DNA of 64,000 bases from the NCBI RefSeq assembly GCF_006345805.1, contig NC_042999.1, positions 78,058,001 through 78,122,000 of the forward strand, given 5' to 3'. Within the stretch, counting starts at the first letter, position 1, and every line of letters begins with the position of its first letter. Below, piece after piece: positions 40,922 to 56,056 of this stretch. Made by a program: the position numbers and the translations under genes. Below the pieces are notes generated by a model. The model was not told the DNA's origin, searched no databases, and worked only from the letters and a program-made list of their open reading frames with translations. The DNA comes from Octopus sinensis. Its lineage: Eukaryota.

Positions 40922-42082
40922 CATACGCACATATATATATGCACACACATACACATACATATGCACACACATAAACATACATATACACATACATATACAC
41001 ATACATATACACATACATATACACATACATATACACATGCACACACATGCACACACATGCACACACATAAACATACATATACACATACATATACACATAC
41101 ATATACACATATGTACATATATATGTACATATATATGTACATATATATGTACATATATATGTACATATATATGTACATATATATGTACATATATATGTAC
41201 ATATATATGTACATATATATGTACATAATATGTACATATATACATATATATGTACATATATATGTACATATATATGTACATATATATGTACATATATATG
41301 TACATATATATGTACATATATATGTACATATATACATACATATATATGTACATATATACATACATATATATATACATACATATATACATACATATATATG
41401 TACATATATATGTACATATATATATACATATATATGTACATATATATATACATATATATGTACATATATATATATATATATATACATATATATACACACA
41501 TATATATATATACATATATACATACATATATACACACACATATATATATATACATATATACATACACATATATACACACATATATATATATACACACATA
41601 TACATACATATATACACACATATACATACATATATACACACATATACATACATATATACACACATATACATATATACACACATATACATATATACACACA
41701 TATACATATATACACACATATATATACATATATACATATATATACATATATACACACATATATATACATATATACATATATATACATATATACATATATA
41801 TACACATATATATATACATATATACATATATATATACATATATACATATATATATAATATATACATATATATACATATATACATTATATATATATACATA
41901 TATACACACATATATATACATATATACATATATTATATAATATAATATATATACAATATATACATATATATACATACATACATATATATATACATACATA
42001 TATATATACATACATATATATATACATACATATATATATACATACATATATATATACATACATATATACATACATATATATT

Positions 42083-42118
<36 letters not shown>

Positions 42119-42577
42119 CATACATATATATATACATACATATACATACATATATATATACATACATATATATATACATACATATATATATATACATACA
42201 TATATATACACACATATATATACACACATACACATATATACACATATATCTATATACACATATATACACATATATCTATATACACATATATATCTATATA
42301 CACATATATATCTATATACACATATATACACATATATATATATATATATACACATATATACACATATACACATATATACACATATACACATATATATATA
42401 TATATATACACATATATACACATATACACATATATACACATATATATATATATATACACAATAACACATATATACACATATATATATATATATATATACA
42501 CATATATACACATATATATATATATACACATATATACACATATATACACATATATATATATATACACATATATACAC

Positions 42578-42608
<31 letters not shown>

Positions 42609-42678
42609 TACACATATATATATATATACACATATATACACTATATATATATATTATATAATATACACATATATACAC

Positions 42679-42716
<38 letters not shown>

Positions 42717-42864
42717 CACACATAATATATATATATATATAATATATATATAATACACACATATATACACATATATATATAATATATATACACATATATA
42801 TACACCATATATATATATATATATACACACAATATATATATATATATATATACACCATATATAT

Positions 42865-42905
<41 letters not shown>

Positions 42906-43115
42906 TACACACATATATATTATATATATATATATATATACACACATATATACACACATATATATATACACACATATATACATATATATACACACATATA
43001 TATACGCACATATATTCACACATACATATACACATACATGTATATATACACATATCTACATACAAACACATATACAAACACATAAACACATACATATACA
43101 CACTCATAAGCATAC

Positions 43116-43146
<31 letters not shown>

Positions 43147-43255
43147 CATAGATATGTATACACATATGTACATATATATACGCATACACACACACATATA
43201 TATATATACACACACACACATATATATATATATACACATATATATACATACATAT
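40776..43255. repeat. About 2.5-kb compound TA/CA microsatellite with 12-mer sub-arrays
   Basis: Blocks of (catatacacata)n, (catatatatgta)n and (catatataca)n variants. Confidence 0.98.
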
Positions 43256-43559
43256 GTGTAAGTGATCAAAATAAGCAAATGAAATAAGCAAATAAACAAG
43301 TAAATAAATAAAAATAAATGATTAAGAATGAGTGAACAAATACTAAACTCTTACAGCTGTTTCTACTATGGGGTTGCTCAACCTGTCATGTTTTCCACAT
43401 CATGCCAGTAATATAGTGGGATTGTACAAAGGTTGAACAAACATTGGACAGGGGTTGGACAATGATTGAACTCCAAAGCTTCAGAGAGACCATAATGTTA
43501 GGAAATTAACATGTGAGGAAGGTAAAATTATAAAATAAAATAAAATAAGAACAATAGAA

Positions 43560-44330
43560 ATAGTAAGGATTGGTGAAAACGTCAATTCCAATGAGATATC
43601 CATAAGCCGTGGGATTACATCTTACTGTAAATAAAGTCTCTTCCAAGAGTAATTTCTACAGGTTGAGTTACATCATATTTCAATTCTACTGGGGGGAAAT
43701 AGCAAGGGTAAGACATTGTGGAGTGAGTTTAATGGGATGGTCCATACCACAGGTGTCAAAAGTTAGAGACTAAGTGCTCATTAATAGAGCATCATAAAAG
43801 GAATTAACTTGCTTGGGGAAATCAATACATGAATATATCAATGAAAGAAAAATTTGGGTAAAACCTTAGTGCAATGTTATTACTTGTTACTTATTAACAA
43901 AAACCTCATCCCAATACCCCTATGAATAGTAGGGTGAGGCCAAAGTTAATCCTACAACTTAATTGGTCTGCTAAATTTGAAAACAATGGTGTCATTCAGG
44001 TCCATTAAATCTATCAATAAAATACAAGTAAATACAAAAAAAATAAAATATTTAAGGAATGAATTTCTAAGGGGCCTTAATGAATGGGTGATGAATAGTC
44101 CTTACAGTTATGGATACAGTATTTTTTATGAATATATCTGAGATATATATCAAATTAATAAGTAAATGTCTGAACGAGAAAAATAAAGGATGAAGCAATT
44201 AGTGGAAGAATAAACACCGATGGAATTTATCAGAGGGAGATAGCCGATTAGGACATTATCGTATTAAAATACAGAGAGAAATTATGCACTAAAGTAAGAT
44301 TTAGGAAATGTTCTTCTGTTATGGATAGAT
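43560..44330 (-). mobile_element. Possible decayed Penelope-like RT fragment
   Basis: Minus translation LFIG(frameshift)YWDEVFV near 43895-43935 resembles the PLE ANLFMGYWE segment. Many stops. Confidence 0.4.
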
Positions 44331-44870
44331 CTAAGTTATAATTTCAAATTTGCAAGTAGTTGCCTGAAATAGAAGAGCAAAGGTGAAAATGAATAAATGA
44401 AAATATTTTCAGACTTACAGGACTACAATTAAAGGTGGTTAACTGCATATTGCGTTTCAATGTTGGGGTGCAGAGAGATATTTAGACACTTCAAATAAGG
44501 TTGAGGTTATTTTCAATTATAGAGAGAAACAGAAAGTATTAATGTTAGGATAGAGATAGAACTTAGAGATGATACTGGACCTTATGTGGTATTATAATTG
44601 CATCAGATTGTGTGTGTGTGTTATAAAATTGTAAACTTATTTATTAATTACAATTACAATGGGAGTTATTCAGGCTAAGGTGGAGATGAAGGGATAGAGA
44701 TATAGGTTATATTGTCATAAGATGTATTTGAATCCACATAGATATACAAATACTGATAGGTATATGGATCAAGACTCACAGATAAATTCTTAAAAATAAG
44801 TGCTTAAAAATAAATGCTTAGAAATATATGGAGTAATATCTCAAGGAAAAACTGGCGTAATTAATATATA

Positions 44871-44933
<63 letters not shown>

Positions 44934-44940
44934 TTACTAC

Positions 44941-45088
44941 ACTCTTGGAGTGCTTGGCGTTAGAAATGGCATCCAGCTGTAGAAACTCTGCCAGATCAAA
45001 TTGGAGCCTGGCGCAGCCATCTGGTTCGCCAGTCCTCAGTCAAATCATCCAACCCATGCTAGCATGGAAAGTGGACATTAAACGATGA

Positions 45089-45092
<4 letters not shown>
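44941..45092 (+). mobile_element. RTE-type 3' tail / SINE tail ending in (gat)n
   Basis: ggcatccagctgtagaaactctgcc...aacccatgctagcatggaaagtggacattaaacgatgatgat. Related tails occur at 50100-50167 and 50557-50770. Confidence 0.75.
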
Positions 45093-45165
<73 letters not shown>

Positions 45166-45374
45166 CACTAGTTAGATATATATTTATTTATAAACAAGAT
45201 AATACATGGAGTATACAGAGAATGTTGTCTCACACATATATTAGAAAAAATGGCAATCAATATATAGTGCTCAGATTAAGATAAAATTAGTAGAAACAGC
45301 TGTAAGAGTTCAGTATTTGTTCACTCATTTATTCTTATTTACTTATTTTTATCTATTTATTTGTTTATTTTATA

Positions 45375-46505
45375 CTTGACCACCTCATCCTATGCCTTCC
45401 TGAATCTACCTCTACCCCAGATTCCTTCAACAGTTTGGGAGTGGCACTTCACACATCTCTCCTCATCCATCTGCAGTACATGACCATACCAACACAAACG
45501 TCTCTCCAGATATGCCACATGCAATGCTTCTTATGTCCAACATTACTCTCAGGGCGCTTACACTCTACCGTGTGTGCACACTGACATTACACATCCAGTG
45601 GATCATGCTAGCTTCATTTCTTTTGAGCCTACGCATGTCCTCTGCAGTCACGGTCCATGTTTCACTGCCGTGAAGCATGGCGGTTCACACACATGCGTCA
45701 TACAATCTACCTTTCACTCTGAGCGAGAGACCCTTTGCCACCAGTAGGGGGAGAAGCTTTCTAAACTTTGCTCAGGCTATTCTTATTCTAGTGGTAACAC
45801 TCTGAGCATCCACTCTCACTACTAATTTGATCACCTAGGTAGCAGAAGCTATCAACTACATCTAGTTTCTCCCCTGGAGTATGATGGAATCTGTTTTCTG
45901 AGTATCTGTGGTGTTATTGCTCCATGCATCTGCCACACATGAAAGCTATCTTCTCAGTTAATTCTCCTTTGATGTTGCTGCACCTGTTATGTGTCCATAG
46001 CTTACACTGGGTACATATTGTGGAGTTTCTACCTACACCTTTTCTATAGATCGAGCAGGGCCACCTATCTGAAGAGGTGTGTGATGATTGTGTCTTCCTA
46101 CTTACTAGAACTTTGGTCTTTGCTACATTGACTCTAAGGCCTTTTGGTTTTGAACCTAGCATCCACACCAGAAATTTGTTTTCTAGTTCCGGTAGTGATT
46201 CTGCTATGAGGGCCAGGTCATCAGCATAGAGGAGCTCCCAGGGGCAACCTGTCTTGAATTCCTCTGTTATTGCCTGGAGGACTATGATGAATAAAAGAGG
46301 ACTGAGGGCTGAACATTGGTGGACCACTACTTCTACCAGGAATTCTTCACTATACTCATTGCCAATCCTAACCTTACTAACGGCCTCTCAGTAAATGGCC
46401 TATACAGCCCTTATTAACCATTTGTCAATCTCTAGTTTCCACATCACCCACCAGATATGGGATTGGGGGACCCTGTCAAAGGCTTTCACCAAGTCCACAA
46501 AAGTT
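45375..46505 (-). mobile_element. RTE-clade LINE, truncated reverse transcriptase pseudogene
   Basis: ORF 45914-46327 reads VHQCSALSPLLFIIVLQAITEEFKTGCPWELLYADDLAL...KGLRVNVAKTK, and the upstream DLVKAFDRVP motif is present. Flanking frames are disrupted. Confidence 0.93.
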
Positions 46506-46509
46506 AAGA

Positions 46510-46541
<32 letters not shown>

Positions 46542-46608
46542 TATATATATGTGTGTATATATATATATATATAGTTTCTATGTTTATATATATATATGGA
46601 TGGATGGA

Positions 46609-46979
46609 AGCACTCCGTCGGTTACAACGACGAGGGTTCCGGTTGATCCGATCAACAGAACAGCCTGCTCATGAAATTAATGTGTAAGTGGCTGAGCACT
46701 CCACAGACACGTGTACCCTTAACGTAGTTCTCGGGGATATTCAGCGTGACACAGAGAGTGACATGGCCAGCCCTTTGAAATACAGGTACAACAGAAACAG
46801 GAAGTAAGAGTGAGAGAAAGTTGTGGTGAAAGAGCACAGCAGGGATCACCACCATCCCTGCCGGAGCCTCATGGAGCTTTAGGTGTTTTCGCTCAATAAA
46901 CACTCAAAACGCACGGTCTGGGAATCGAAACCGTGATCCTGTGACCGCTGCCCTAACCACTGGGTCATTGCGCCTCCAC
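46609..46979 (-). mobile_element. Well-preserved tRNA-headed SINE
   Basis: Minus head gtggaggcgcaatgacccagtggttag...ggtttcgattccc has A- and B-box-like motifs. Body shared with 26729-27045. Confidence 0.9.
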
Positions 46980-46980
46980 A

Positions 46981-47217
46981 AGGGAGAAGCCCTTTGTCAC
47001 GAGCAGATGTAGGAGCTCTCTGAATTTTGCCCATGGCATTCTTATTCTAGCAGCTACACTCTCAGAGCAACCACCCCCCGCTACTGACTTGGTCACCTGG
47101 GTAATGTAAGCTATCAACTACTTGTAGTTTATCCCCCTGGAATGTGATGGAAGCTGTTTTCTGCACATTTTCAGTATTTATTGCTCCTGAGCATTTGCCA
47201 CACACAAAAACTATCTT
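46981..47217 (-). mobile_element. Second RTE LINE fragment
   Basis: Diverged paralog of about 45730-45960. Confidence 0.85.
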
Positions 47218-49818
47218 AGAAAAGGAATTTTTAATTCCTATTTCTAAATTCGGTATGTGGGGAAGCAATTAGCCAACCCCTAATTAGAATTATGTTTATA
47301 ATTATAGAATATTTATATAAATGTGTGTGTTTGTGTGTGAGTGTGAGAGAGAGAGAGATACTGCTTTAAGAGTAGCAAATTAGTAAAAATGTCTTTCCAA
47401 TGTTTACTTTCATCCCTCTATATTCTAAAAAGAAATCATATCATCAGGGTTGGCATTGGCTTTTGTTCCTTCAGAGTCAATAAAAAAAAAAAAAAACCTG
47501 TATTATGCCGAGACTGATTCAATCAACTATAAACCTTCTTCTTACAAAAACTGACTTTGCACATATAGCCCAAACTAAATTATTATTTACTACCGTTAGA
47601 TAGAAAATTAACAGACAAGATGCTTCACAATTAAAGGTTGCTACATCACATTTTGAGCTGAGATGATATCAGTATCAACAATAATAATAATAATATATTT
47701 TATTATACTGTTAAGTTGTTAGCATTAGGAAAGGCATCTAGCTGTTGAAATTACACCAAAGCAGACATAGAACCTATTGAAGCCCTCTAGTTTGTCTGTT
47801 CTTGTCAAACCACCTTACCCTTGTCAACATGTAAGAAGGGACATTACTAAAATTTTTACTTCATTAAAATAATCATCACACTCATTCTTGATATTGGAGA
47901 GGGGAAAAATCAATGTGAAACAATCAAACACACACACATGCAAGAGATGTTAAAGAAAAAGAAAAACATTTTTAATCTAAATCTTACTCTATAGGGCAGA
48001 GTGTTCCTTATTGTCATCATACCTGTTAATATTGATCATCTATCTCACCATTTCAAGGAAATAGTATAAGAAGAATTTAAAAAAAAAAAGACTTTAGAAC
48101 AGACTCTAAGTAGATGCACACCATGCACAGATAGATGAATGTAGATAGTTTGTCATTTTTTTTTCTTCTCTAAAATAATTGACTAGCAGGAAGTTAAGAA
48201 ACATGGATAACAGGCACACATATAGAGAAGAGAATGAGCCAAGAAATAGGAAGGAAAAAGAAGCCATGTTCATCATATGAGCAGGTTATTATTAACTATG
48301 TATACTATCTGCCAGTCTGGCAATCTAAGCAAGATTTCAGTACTGGCTGAAAAGCTGAAGAAGTAATAGAGACACTAACAAGAATGTGAAAATACCAACC
48401 ACACTGCTTACCTGAACATTCAGGCTATCTTTGGAAGAGATAGATCACTTTGCTTTAGATTCTTCAGTTGAAATGTAGAAATCTTAAGTTAACACTTAAC
48501 ATTTTAATTGTTCATAATAATATGAAAAAAAATAATTTAGACCTTTGCTAAACCAATAAACTATAATGGTTTAACATTTGCAATCACGCACGCATGCACA
48601 CACACACATACACTCAAATTTTCAAGTTGGAAAAGACAATGTGGAGAAAATTTAAATTAGCCTTTAAAATATAATATTCTCAAAATCATTGAGATGATTT
48701 TCTAAAACTGCAAAGGTCTTGGAATATTTTCTTAAGAGAATAGGTGGTGGTGCTGTGGAGGGGAGAAGGGGAGGAAGAGCTGAATATCAATAGACTCAAA
48801 TTTTCTAATCTAATTTATTGAAAATAAATTGCGATCTAATTACAAAGAATACATAGTGCATTGTTCACTGAAAGGATCATAAATTTCTCTGATGTACATG
48901 CATTTGTATTTAAATAACTAATGAGAATTAAGTAAGAGTTTAATTTACAAGAATAAAATAATTTGAAGCAGATAAATCCATCAGTCTATGCAAAGTTTAC
49001 CAGTTTGCTATGGATTTGTATCTAAAGAATTCAATGTTTAAACTACTAGTTGTACACTTAGTATATGAGTATTGTTGATAATGATCATGTGCATGCACGC
49101 ACACGCACAGAGGAAGTACATGGTTTATTGGTTACTCCTGATCACAAGATTGTGGTTTTTGATTCCTGAACTGGGCAATGTGTTGTGTTCTTAAGTTAAA
49201 TACTTCATGCTGCTCCAGTCCATCCAGTTAGCAAAAATTAGTAACCCTGCAGTAGACTGGTGTGCTGTCCAGGCAGGAATTTATATGCCACAGAAACTGG
49301 AAACCAGCCTTATGAGTCTATGAGATTCAAGAAGGAGCATTATCATGTTCAATACTTCAGCAATGTTTATAAACAATCCTATGAATCAATAAATGTGCCA
49401 CTATCACCTACCAAAATCAGCAGCCAAATTTCCTTCAAACTTTCTTAAACTTTAACATTTTCAATGCCCTATTTCAAACAAAATACAATGATCTTGTGTT
49501 GCAATATTAATTTTTAAAATAGTGAATGGTCTTAACATATTTAGTAAAATAATTTGTTTAATTTAGTATTTGGGATGTAACTAAGCAAAAAGTTCTTACA
49601 TAAAAGTATGATGAGGCCTTAAATATGAACTCATAAAATGAGAGGTTTTTGTATCATAAACAGTGCGGTGATCTGAAATGAGTTAATATTAAGTTAAAAG
49701 AATGATAGTGTAGCACTGAATACCTTATAATAGGAAAAAAAATTGAGACAGCCATAACCTACAAAATAAACAGAAAAGAATGTTGAAAGGTAGAGGCACT
49801 CCAATGTATAAATGTAAG

Positions 49819-50167
49819 TGCAAATGTGGCTGTATGGTTAAGAAGCTTGCTTGCCAAGCACATGGTCTTGGGTTCAGTCCTGTCTTCTACAATAGCATTA
49901 GGCCAATCAAAGCCTTCTGAGTGGATTTGTTAAATAGATACAGAGAGAGAGAGCATGTGTGTCCCTGTTTTCACATTGTATGATAGTGGTAAATGAGCAC
50001 CACAGCATACAGTGATGTTTGTTTCCAGTCTTTTGTTTAAAAGGTCTGGAAACAGATGAGAGTTGCCAACAAGAAAGGCATCAGACCATAAAAAATTTGC
50101 CTCTACAAATTCTGTCTGACCCATGCAATCATGAGAAAGTGGGCATTAAATGATAATGGTGATGATG
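49819..50167 (+). mobile_element. tRNA-headed SINE with RTE-like tail
   Basis: Head gtggctgtatggttaagaagcttgc...ggttcagtcc; tail gtgggcattaaatgataatggtgatgatg. Confidence 0.75.
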
Positions 50168-50799
50168 AAATAGACAACAGAAAGCACTAAAATCTCATAT
50201 ATATACCAAATCACAACAAATGAAACAGACAATGAGAAATGCTAGTATTATCTTCCTTAAGGACTCCAGTGCCAAAATAATCTTACTATATACATAGTAC
50301 TACAAGAATACAAAACACACCAGAAGCAAAACACTACACACAAAATACACATCACTCAAGATAAACAATTTTATGAAGCAGCACATAACAGTAGCACATG
50401 AGAAAGATAAACAAACTGCTTACAAATGCCAACACTCTAAAAATGAAATCTTCTGTAATATTCATACTGTAACAATTGAAGAAACAAAATAACACAAGAT
50501 TCATCAAATCCCAGATTACACCACAATAAAATAAGACAAATGAACAACTTCCAAGACATCATCATCATTTAACATCTGTTTTCTATGCTGGCATGAATTG
50601 GACAATTCGTTAGGATCCAATGAGCAGCAGGGCTGTATTGAGCCTCAATGTCAGCTTTGACATGGCTTCTACAATGGGATGTCCTTCCTAACCAATAATT
50701 TACTGTGTATACTGGGTGTGACCAGTATATACCAAAAATTATTCTAATAGGACATGGCAACAGTTGGATAAAAAACTGCAACATGAAATCCCATAAAAT

Positions 50800-53250
50800 A
50801 AATAATTATACTGATACAACCACCAATCATCACACCAGTTAGAAGGTTACTTATCTCACTAACCTGCATATTCCCTTCTGCAAATTCAGAAGGATTCAGA
50901 CCACTACACTGTTAATGTAACACAGAATACATATGATGGATTCAAGAATAAAAACCACCCACATGTCCCATTCTAATCACTATCAATACCAACAAATATT
51001 TTGACTCCATTCCATGTGATCCACTCATACGTAAAATGCTCAACAACAACCTGTGAAATGCTGGCTAGCAAACTACTTATTAGATTACCATGCCTATGTT
51101 GTCCACACAGTAAATACTTTCAGAACTTGCAATTTCCTGAATGGAGTATCACAAGAATCAGTCCTCTCTCCCACTCTTTTCAACCTTTACCTTAGCACCA
51201 CAAAACATACAGGCAACCTAATTACACAGATGACATCATACATCATCACACCGTTCTCCAGACACTGATGCCTAACTACTCCAACCTAATATAAATCATC
51301 TAGAATCTTGGCCCCCCCATGACAGACTTCAAGTAGCACTTATAAAAATCTACTGTCTCTTTTCTTTCTAGTAACAACAGAGAACTTCAAATACAATTAC
51401 ATCATTCAACAATACACACACAGAGATAAAGATCCTAGAAATTATGTAATATTTCTACGACATTCACAAGACATAGGAGACATAATAAAGAAAGCAAAAC
51501 AAAGCAAATATACTTAGAAATTTAGAGCAATAACAGGTGACACAATTGGCCAACAAAATTGACAACGACATACAAACAATACATTAGCTCCATCATGACC
51601 AATATCAGTCCTGTCTTGCTCAACAATTTCTTTACATTAAAGCACAGCAACCAATCTCTCTCAAATACACTACTATCTTTAAAAAGATGGGGGTGGGTAG
51701 AGTAAGAAGGCTAATTAGTGTACTGGATTGAAGTACATCTGAAAAGTCTGCTCAGAATTAACTTGGGCCACCAAGCTACACCTTGTTATACCATTTAGCA
51801 TACTTGTAAACACTGTTATTGAAAGAAAATTTCAATGTACACAATACACTGCGAGACAATGACATACAATAGCACGAATAACACAAAAGATGATCCAACA
51901 GCACCAATACTAATATCAATACATCCTAAACGACACACACCACATATCTTACAACACAGCCGCCTTACAAGTCATCAGCTAACTTTTCAATAACATAACC
52001 ACCATTGCCACAATACAGTTACACATCAATGAAAAATGAGCATTTTCACAAACATCAAAAACGTACACAAAGATATTCAATTTCCAGAATCTCCAACACA
52101 GATACTAATTAAATAACTGATATATACAATCTGATAAAAGTCAGAGACAAATTTAAACATAACATAGCAACACCACACACAACGGAAATGAAAAAACTAT
52201 ATACCAAGTAACTAAATATGGAAATCTCCCTCAAATCATACCCCCAGCACCTAAGAAAAAGCCAGGTTGGATAATGTAGTTCTGAGCTCCTAACACATAG
52301 GGAAAAGATGGGATGGTCATGACTTAACTGATACAAGTTTATCTGATGAAAAAAGTGTTGGTAGCAAACTATCTCTGCTTAAACATATGTAGAGTAAATA
52401 ACAATCCCTCTAAAAAATTTTAATTTCCCAAACTTTAGACCTAAACAACCAACCCACACTTCCATAAAATAGACACAGCCTCATATGCAGATGACATCAA
52501 AAGAACATGTACCATTCATTAAAATGCACAACCACTCAAACTTACATCATCCACTTAGATATCTGGCTCAAAACAAATACTAAAAGTAAGACTAAATTCA
52601 CCCCCCTCCCTGCTTACCAGTAATACCAAAAAACATCAGATATAATCAGCTATCACACTCAACACCTCCCATGGAAAGAAAACAACAGAAATACTAAGAA
52701 AGAATCATAACATATCAACATTAAAAGTACACATAGGAGTCATAAAGAAAGCCAACACACAAATACACTTAGATTACTCAGACACCACATGTGGTCATCA
52801 CAAAGAAGCAATCACAGTGTACAAGCAATATAATAGATCCATCAAAAGGAAAAGGCCTCTAGACAGGCAAGGGGCACATTTTATTGCTGTACAACATTCT
52901 GACCTTCACAATCCCAGTCAAAAATGCACAATCTACCCCAACACCCAGACATCAATAAATCCTCAAAATTCTACTAAATAACATTATTCCTCCCACTCTA
53001 TCCAGACAAACACAAATGCACATAAAATACGAACAACTTTATTAACATCATTCTGCTTCAGAACTGTAAAAGAACAGCAACTGTTACAGCCACTTTATCT
53101 GCCTTGCTGTGACTACAAACATAACCTACAGGAAAAGGCTGGACACTAGAGAAAATACAACTTGCCCAATATACACTTTACAATAATTCATTTGTATGTT
53201 AGAACACAAAATATGGCCCACATTACATACTTGGAACAATTGAGCTTTGA
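50800..53250 (+). mobile_element. Decayed non-LTR retrotransposon(s), two RT fragments
   Basis: NGVSQESVLSPTLFNLYLS at 51140 followed by YTDDI, and a second SYADDI at 52481. A/C-skewed plus strand. Clade not determined. Confidence 0.75.
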
Positions 53251-53366
53251 ATTGCATCTGGCTACTCACATACCAAGGGACAGTTTGATCAGGCTAAATT
53301 TACAACTATTCACAAGAGTGTAAATAAAACAAATTTGACATTTTCAAAAAGTAATGTAAAATTTCT

Positions 53367-53441
53367 CTAGCATATAAAATACTATTTGTATACATTTCTA
53401 GCATATAAAATACTATTTGTATACATTTCTAGCATATAAAT
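53367..53441. repeat. 31-bp tandem repeat, about 2.4 copies
   Basis: ctagcatataaaatactatttgtatacattt x2 plus a partial copy. Confidence 0.93.
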
Positions 53442-54482
53442 ACACTATTGCAAAAACAGTACACTGAAATTTAAAACAAAGTGAAAAAAAAAACAAGCAA
53501 TTAGTGTCTTAATAAGGACTAATTCCAAAGTCTGATTAAATTATTGTAGCTATAGCTAAATAAGTGTTTGATGTCGCTGCATCATTCTCGTTTGTCTCTA
53601 GTTCAATACTTTTGACTCAGGTTTTGACTCATCTGAATATGATTGTTTGTCACTCTCATGATATAGACATTGTGCTTGAAAGAATTACAAATAATTCAGA
53701 GTGTTATTAGTCTCGTCCAATAAAAAAGAAATATTCAGTTTGACAGCCTTCCTAAAAAAGGGGAATCACTATACAATATCAACAAGATAATGCATTGGCA
53801 GCCTAATCCTTCCCATTTGTTGATGTATATACTAGATACAGAAATAATGGAAACAAATATAAAATGTACTGTTTATTAACTAACATATGCCAGTAAGGGA
53901 AAGGAAAAGACATAACCTTGGATTGTGAAACAACTAGAGACTACAAGATGAAATGAACAAGTGAATAAGATAAGATGTAGAAAAATATGAAGAGGATCAG
54001 ATGAAGGACAGAAATGATAAAGTTGGTAGCAGCAGAGACAATGAGGTCAATGAAGAGAAGAGGATGATGATGGTTATGATGAAAATGAAGATGACAAAGG
54101 ACAATGATGAAGATGGAGAAGATCAGGATCATGATGATGATTATAATTTGTTATTAATTGAGATTTTCTAATAGTCACGATTTCTTTTAATTAAGACATT
54201 CAGCTGATAGTAGACAGACCACCACTCAGTAATATGTGGTGTACTAGATTTCCACTGCTCCCTAGAAAAAGCAAACTGTTCTATAGCCCAGTGCAGCTCC
54301 TCTTATCGCTACTTAGCTACAAGACCCTTATCATAAAGCTACCAGACCCTTGTCATAAACAAAGTTAAGTTAGTGTTATAATTAATGCAGTGAACATTAA
54401 ATTAGTACACAGCACTTCACTCAATAACTGTCTCTCCTTTCCCTATATTTTAATGGGCACTGTTGTACTACTTTCCTCTCAT

Positions 54483-54519
<37 letters not shown>

Positions 54520-54654
54520 ATGTTCAGTTGAATCTGAGGGTACATTCCATTACTATTCAGTTTCTCACCACAAGTGATTTTCCAGGAAACAAAAAGAATT
54601 TTCCTCTTTTTTTTTTTTTTTTTTTTTTTGAAATTTTCATTGAGCAGCCTTTAC

Positions 54655-54702
54655 TCAGTGAACGTAGGAATAGTGGCCTGCTGATGAGTGATGGAGAAAT
54701 TT
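54655..54702 (-). CDS. Candidate 48-nt exon (E)ISPSLISRPLFLRSL
   Basis: Strong acceptor ttttgttttattcttgcag, donor A|gtaaag. Phase 1 to 1, compatible with the 59288-59438 exon. Too short to be sure. Confidence 0.3.
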   Translation of the reverse strand, partial: KFLHHSSAGHYSYVH

Positions 54703-55579
54703 CTGCAAGAATAAAACAAAAATCCTTCCAAAACTTACCTAGCTTATCATATGACCTAAAGAAATCTAAAAGCTCCAACTCCTACATTTGCCATGCCTTC
54801 ATTCTGACACCTAACTCAATGTTCCTCTCTTCATTCATCTTTTTCTGGCTTGAAGGATCACAAGTATCAAGAAACTAAGTGACAACAGAATCATTAGCAT
54901 CAAACAAATATACTCTCCTACATTTACTGTTTTTTTTTTTTGCACTCCATATGTTTGTCCAAAGATGTTTGTATGTGCACGTGTGTATATGAAAACAAAT
55001 ACATGCACACACTTGATGGATCCTCTGTTGTTGTTGCCAATATTCAAGATGCCTGATTGTCTAGTTTAAGTCTAATATAATTAACAAGCAAAAAGTTGGG
55101 TATTCCAGAGATGTGCATACCTCATGTTAATTTTCAGGTTGAATCAATATGGCAAAATGGGAATTTTGAATTATGGTATAATCAAAGCCCCACACCCACG
55201 AGCTTTCACTGTTTTTGTGTATCAAATTTCATGCGTAAGGCATTGACACCAACCAAAGATGCAATACAAAGCGTATTCAACCCAGAATCTCATGACAGTA
55301 ACACAAATTTAACCAATCAGCCATGCATGTGTCCATACACACACACAAAATGAAAACAGTAAATTAATCTGATGCAAGTTCTGATGTGGAGTAGACATGG
55401 TTGTGAGGTTATGATGTTCACTTCCAAACCATGTGATTTTGGGGTCAGTCCCACTACACAGCAACTTAAGCAAGTATTTTCTAATATAACCCATGTCTGA
55501 TCAAAGACTTGTGAGTAGATTAAGCAGGCAGAAACTGAAAGAACACTTTGTGTATGATGTGTGTGTGTGTGTATATTCT

Positions 55580-55944
55580 TTTATTTATTTCAGTCATTTG
55601 ACTGTGTGGCCATGCTGGAGCACTGCCTTTAGCTGAAGAAATTGACCCCAGGGCTTATTCTTTGTAAGCCTAGTACTTATTCTATCAGTCTTTTGTCAAA
55701 CCACTAAGTTACGGGGATGTAAACACATCAACATCGGTTGTCAAATGGTGGTGGGGGCCAAACGCCCGCACGCACACACACACAAGCTTCTTTCAGTTTC
55801 CGTCTACCAAATCCGCTCACAAGGCTTTTGGCTGGCCTGAGTTTATAGTAGAAGACACTTGCCCAAGGTGCCATGCAGTGGGGACCAAACCTGGAACCAT
55901 GTGGTTGGGAAGCAAACTACTTACCGCACAGCCACTCCTGCGCC
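55580..55944 (-). mobile_element. Near full-length CORE-type SINE
   Basis: Minus head ggcgcaggagtggctgtgcggtaagtag...ggttccaggtttggtcc, then ccttgggcaagtgtcttctac. Confidence 0.9.
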
Positions 55945-55945
55945 C

Positions 55946-56056
<111 letters not shown>

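Noticed and set aside
38452-43299. Very long ORFs (up to 527 aa) of [12 protein letters not shown] type, and similar ones at 964-1271, 30382-31673 and 55859-56630
   Set aside because: They are translations of TA/CA/GT microsatellites, which lack stop codons, and have no coding signal.
46900-46979. tRNA-like sequence (also 55880-55944 and 49819-49880)
   Set aside because: These are SINE heads fused to SINE bodies with no complete cloverleaf, not tRNA genes.
37260-53441. 26-bp (37260-37311) and 31-bp (53367-53441) direct repeats superficially like CRISPR repeats
   Set aside because: They are adjacent copies with no spacers, in a eukaryotic context, so they are simple tandem duplications.
54739-54874. 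Exon-like segment with a gtaagt donor, open except for one in-frame TAG (54782-54784) that A-to-I editing could recode to Trp
   Set aside because: No homology support, the phase does not fit the 59288 exon, no pairing partner is visible, and a single stop in 45 codons is expected by chance.
55138-55233. Plus-strand exon-like segment VESIWQNGNFELWYNQSPTPTSFHCFCVSNFM between ttttcag and gtaagg
   Set aside because: It is a lone candidate on the strand opposite the better exons, with no partner or homology.
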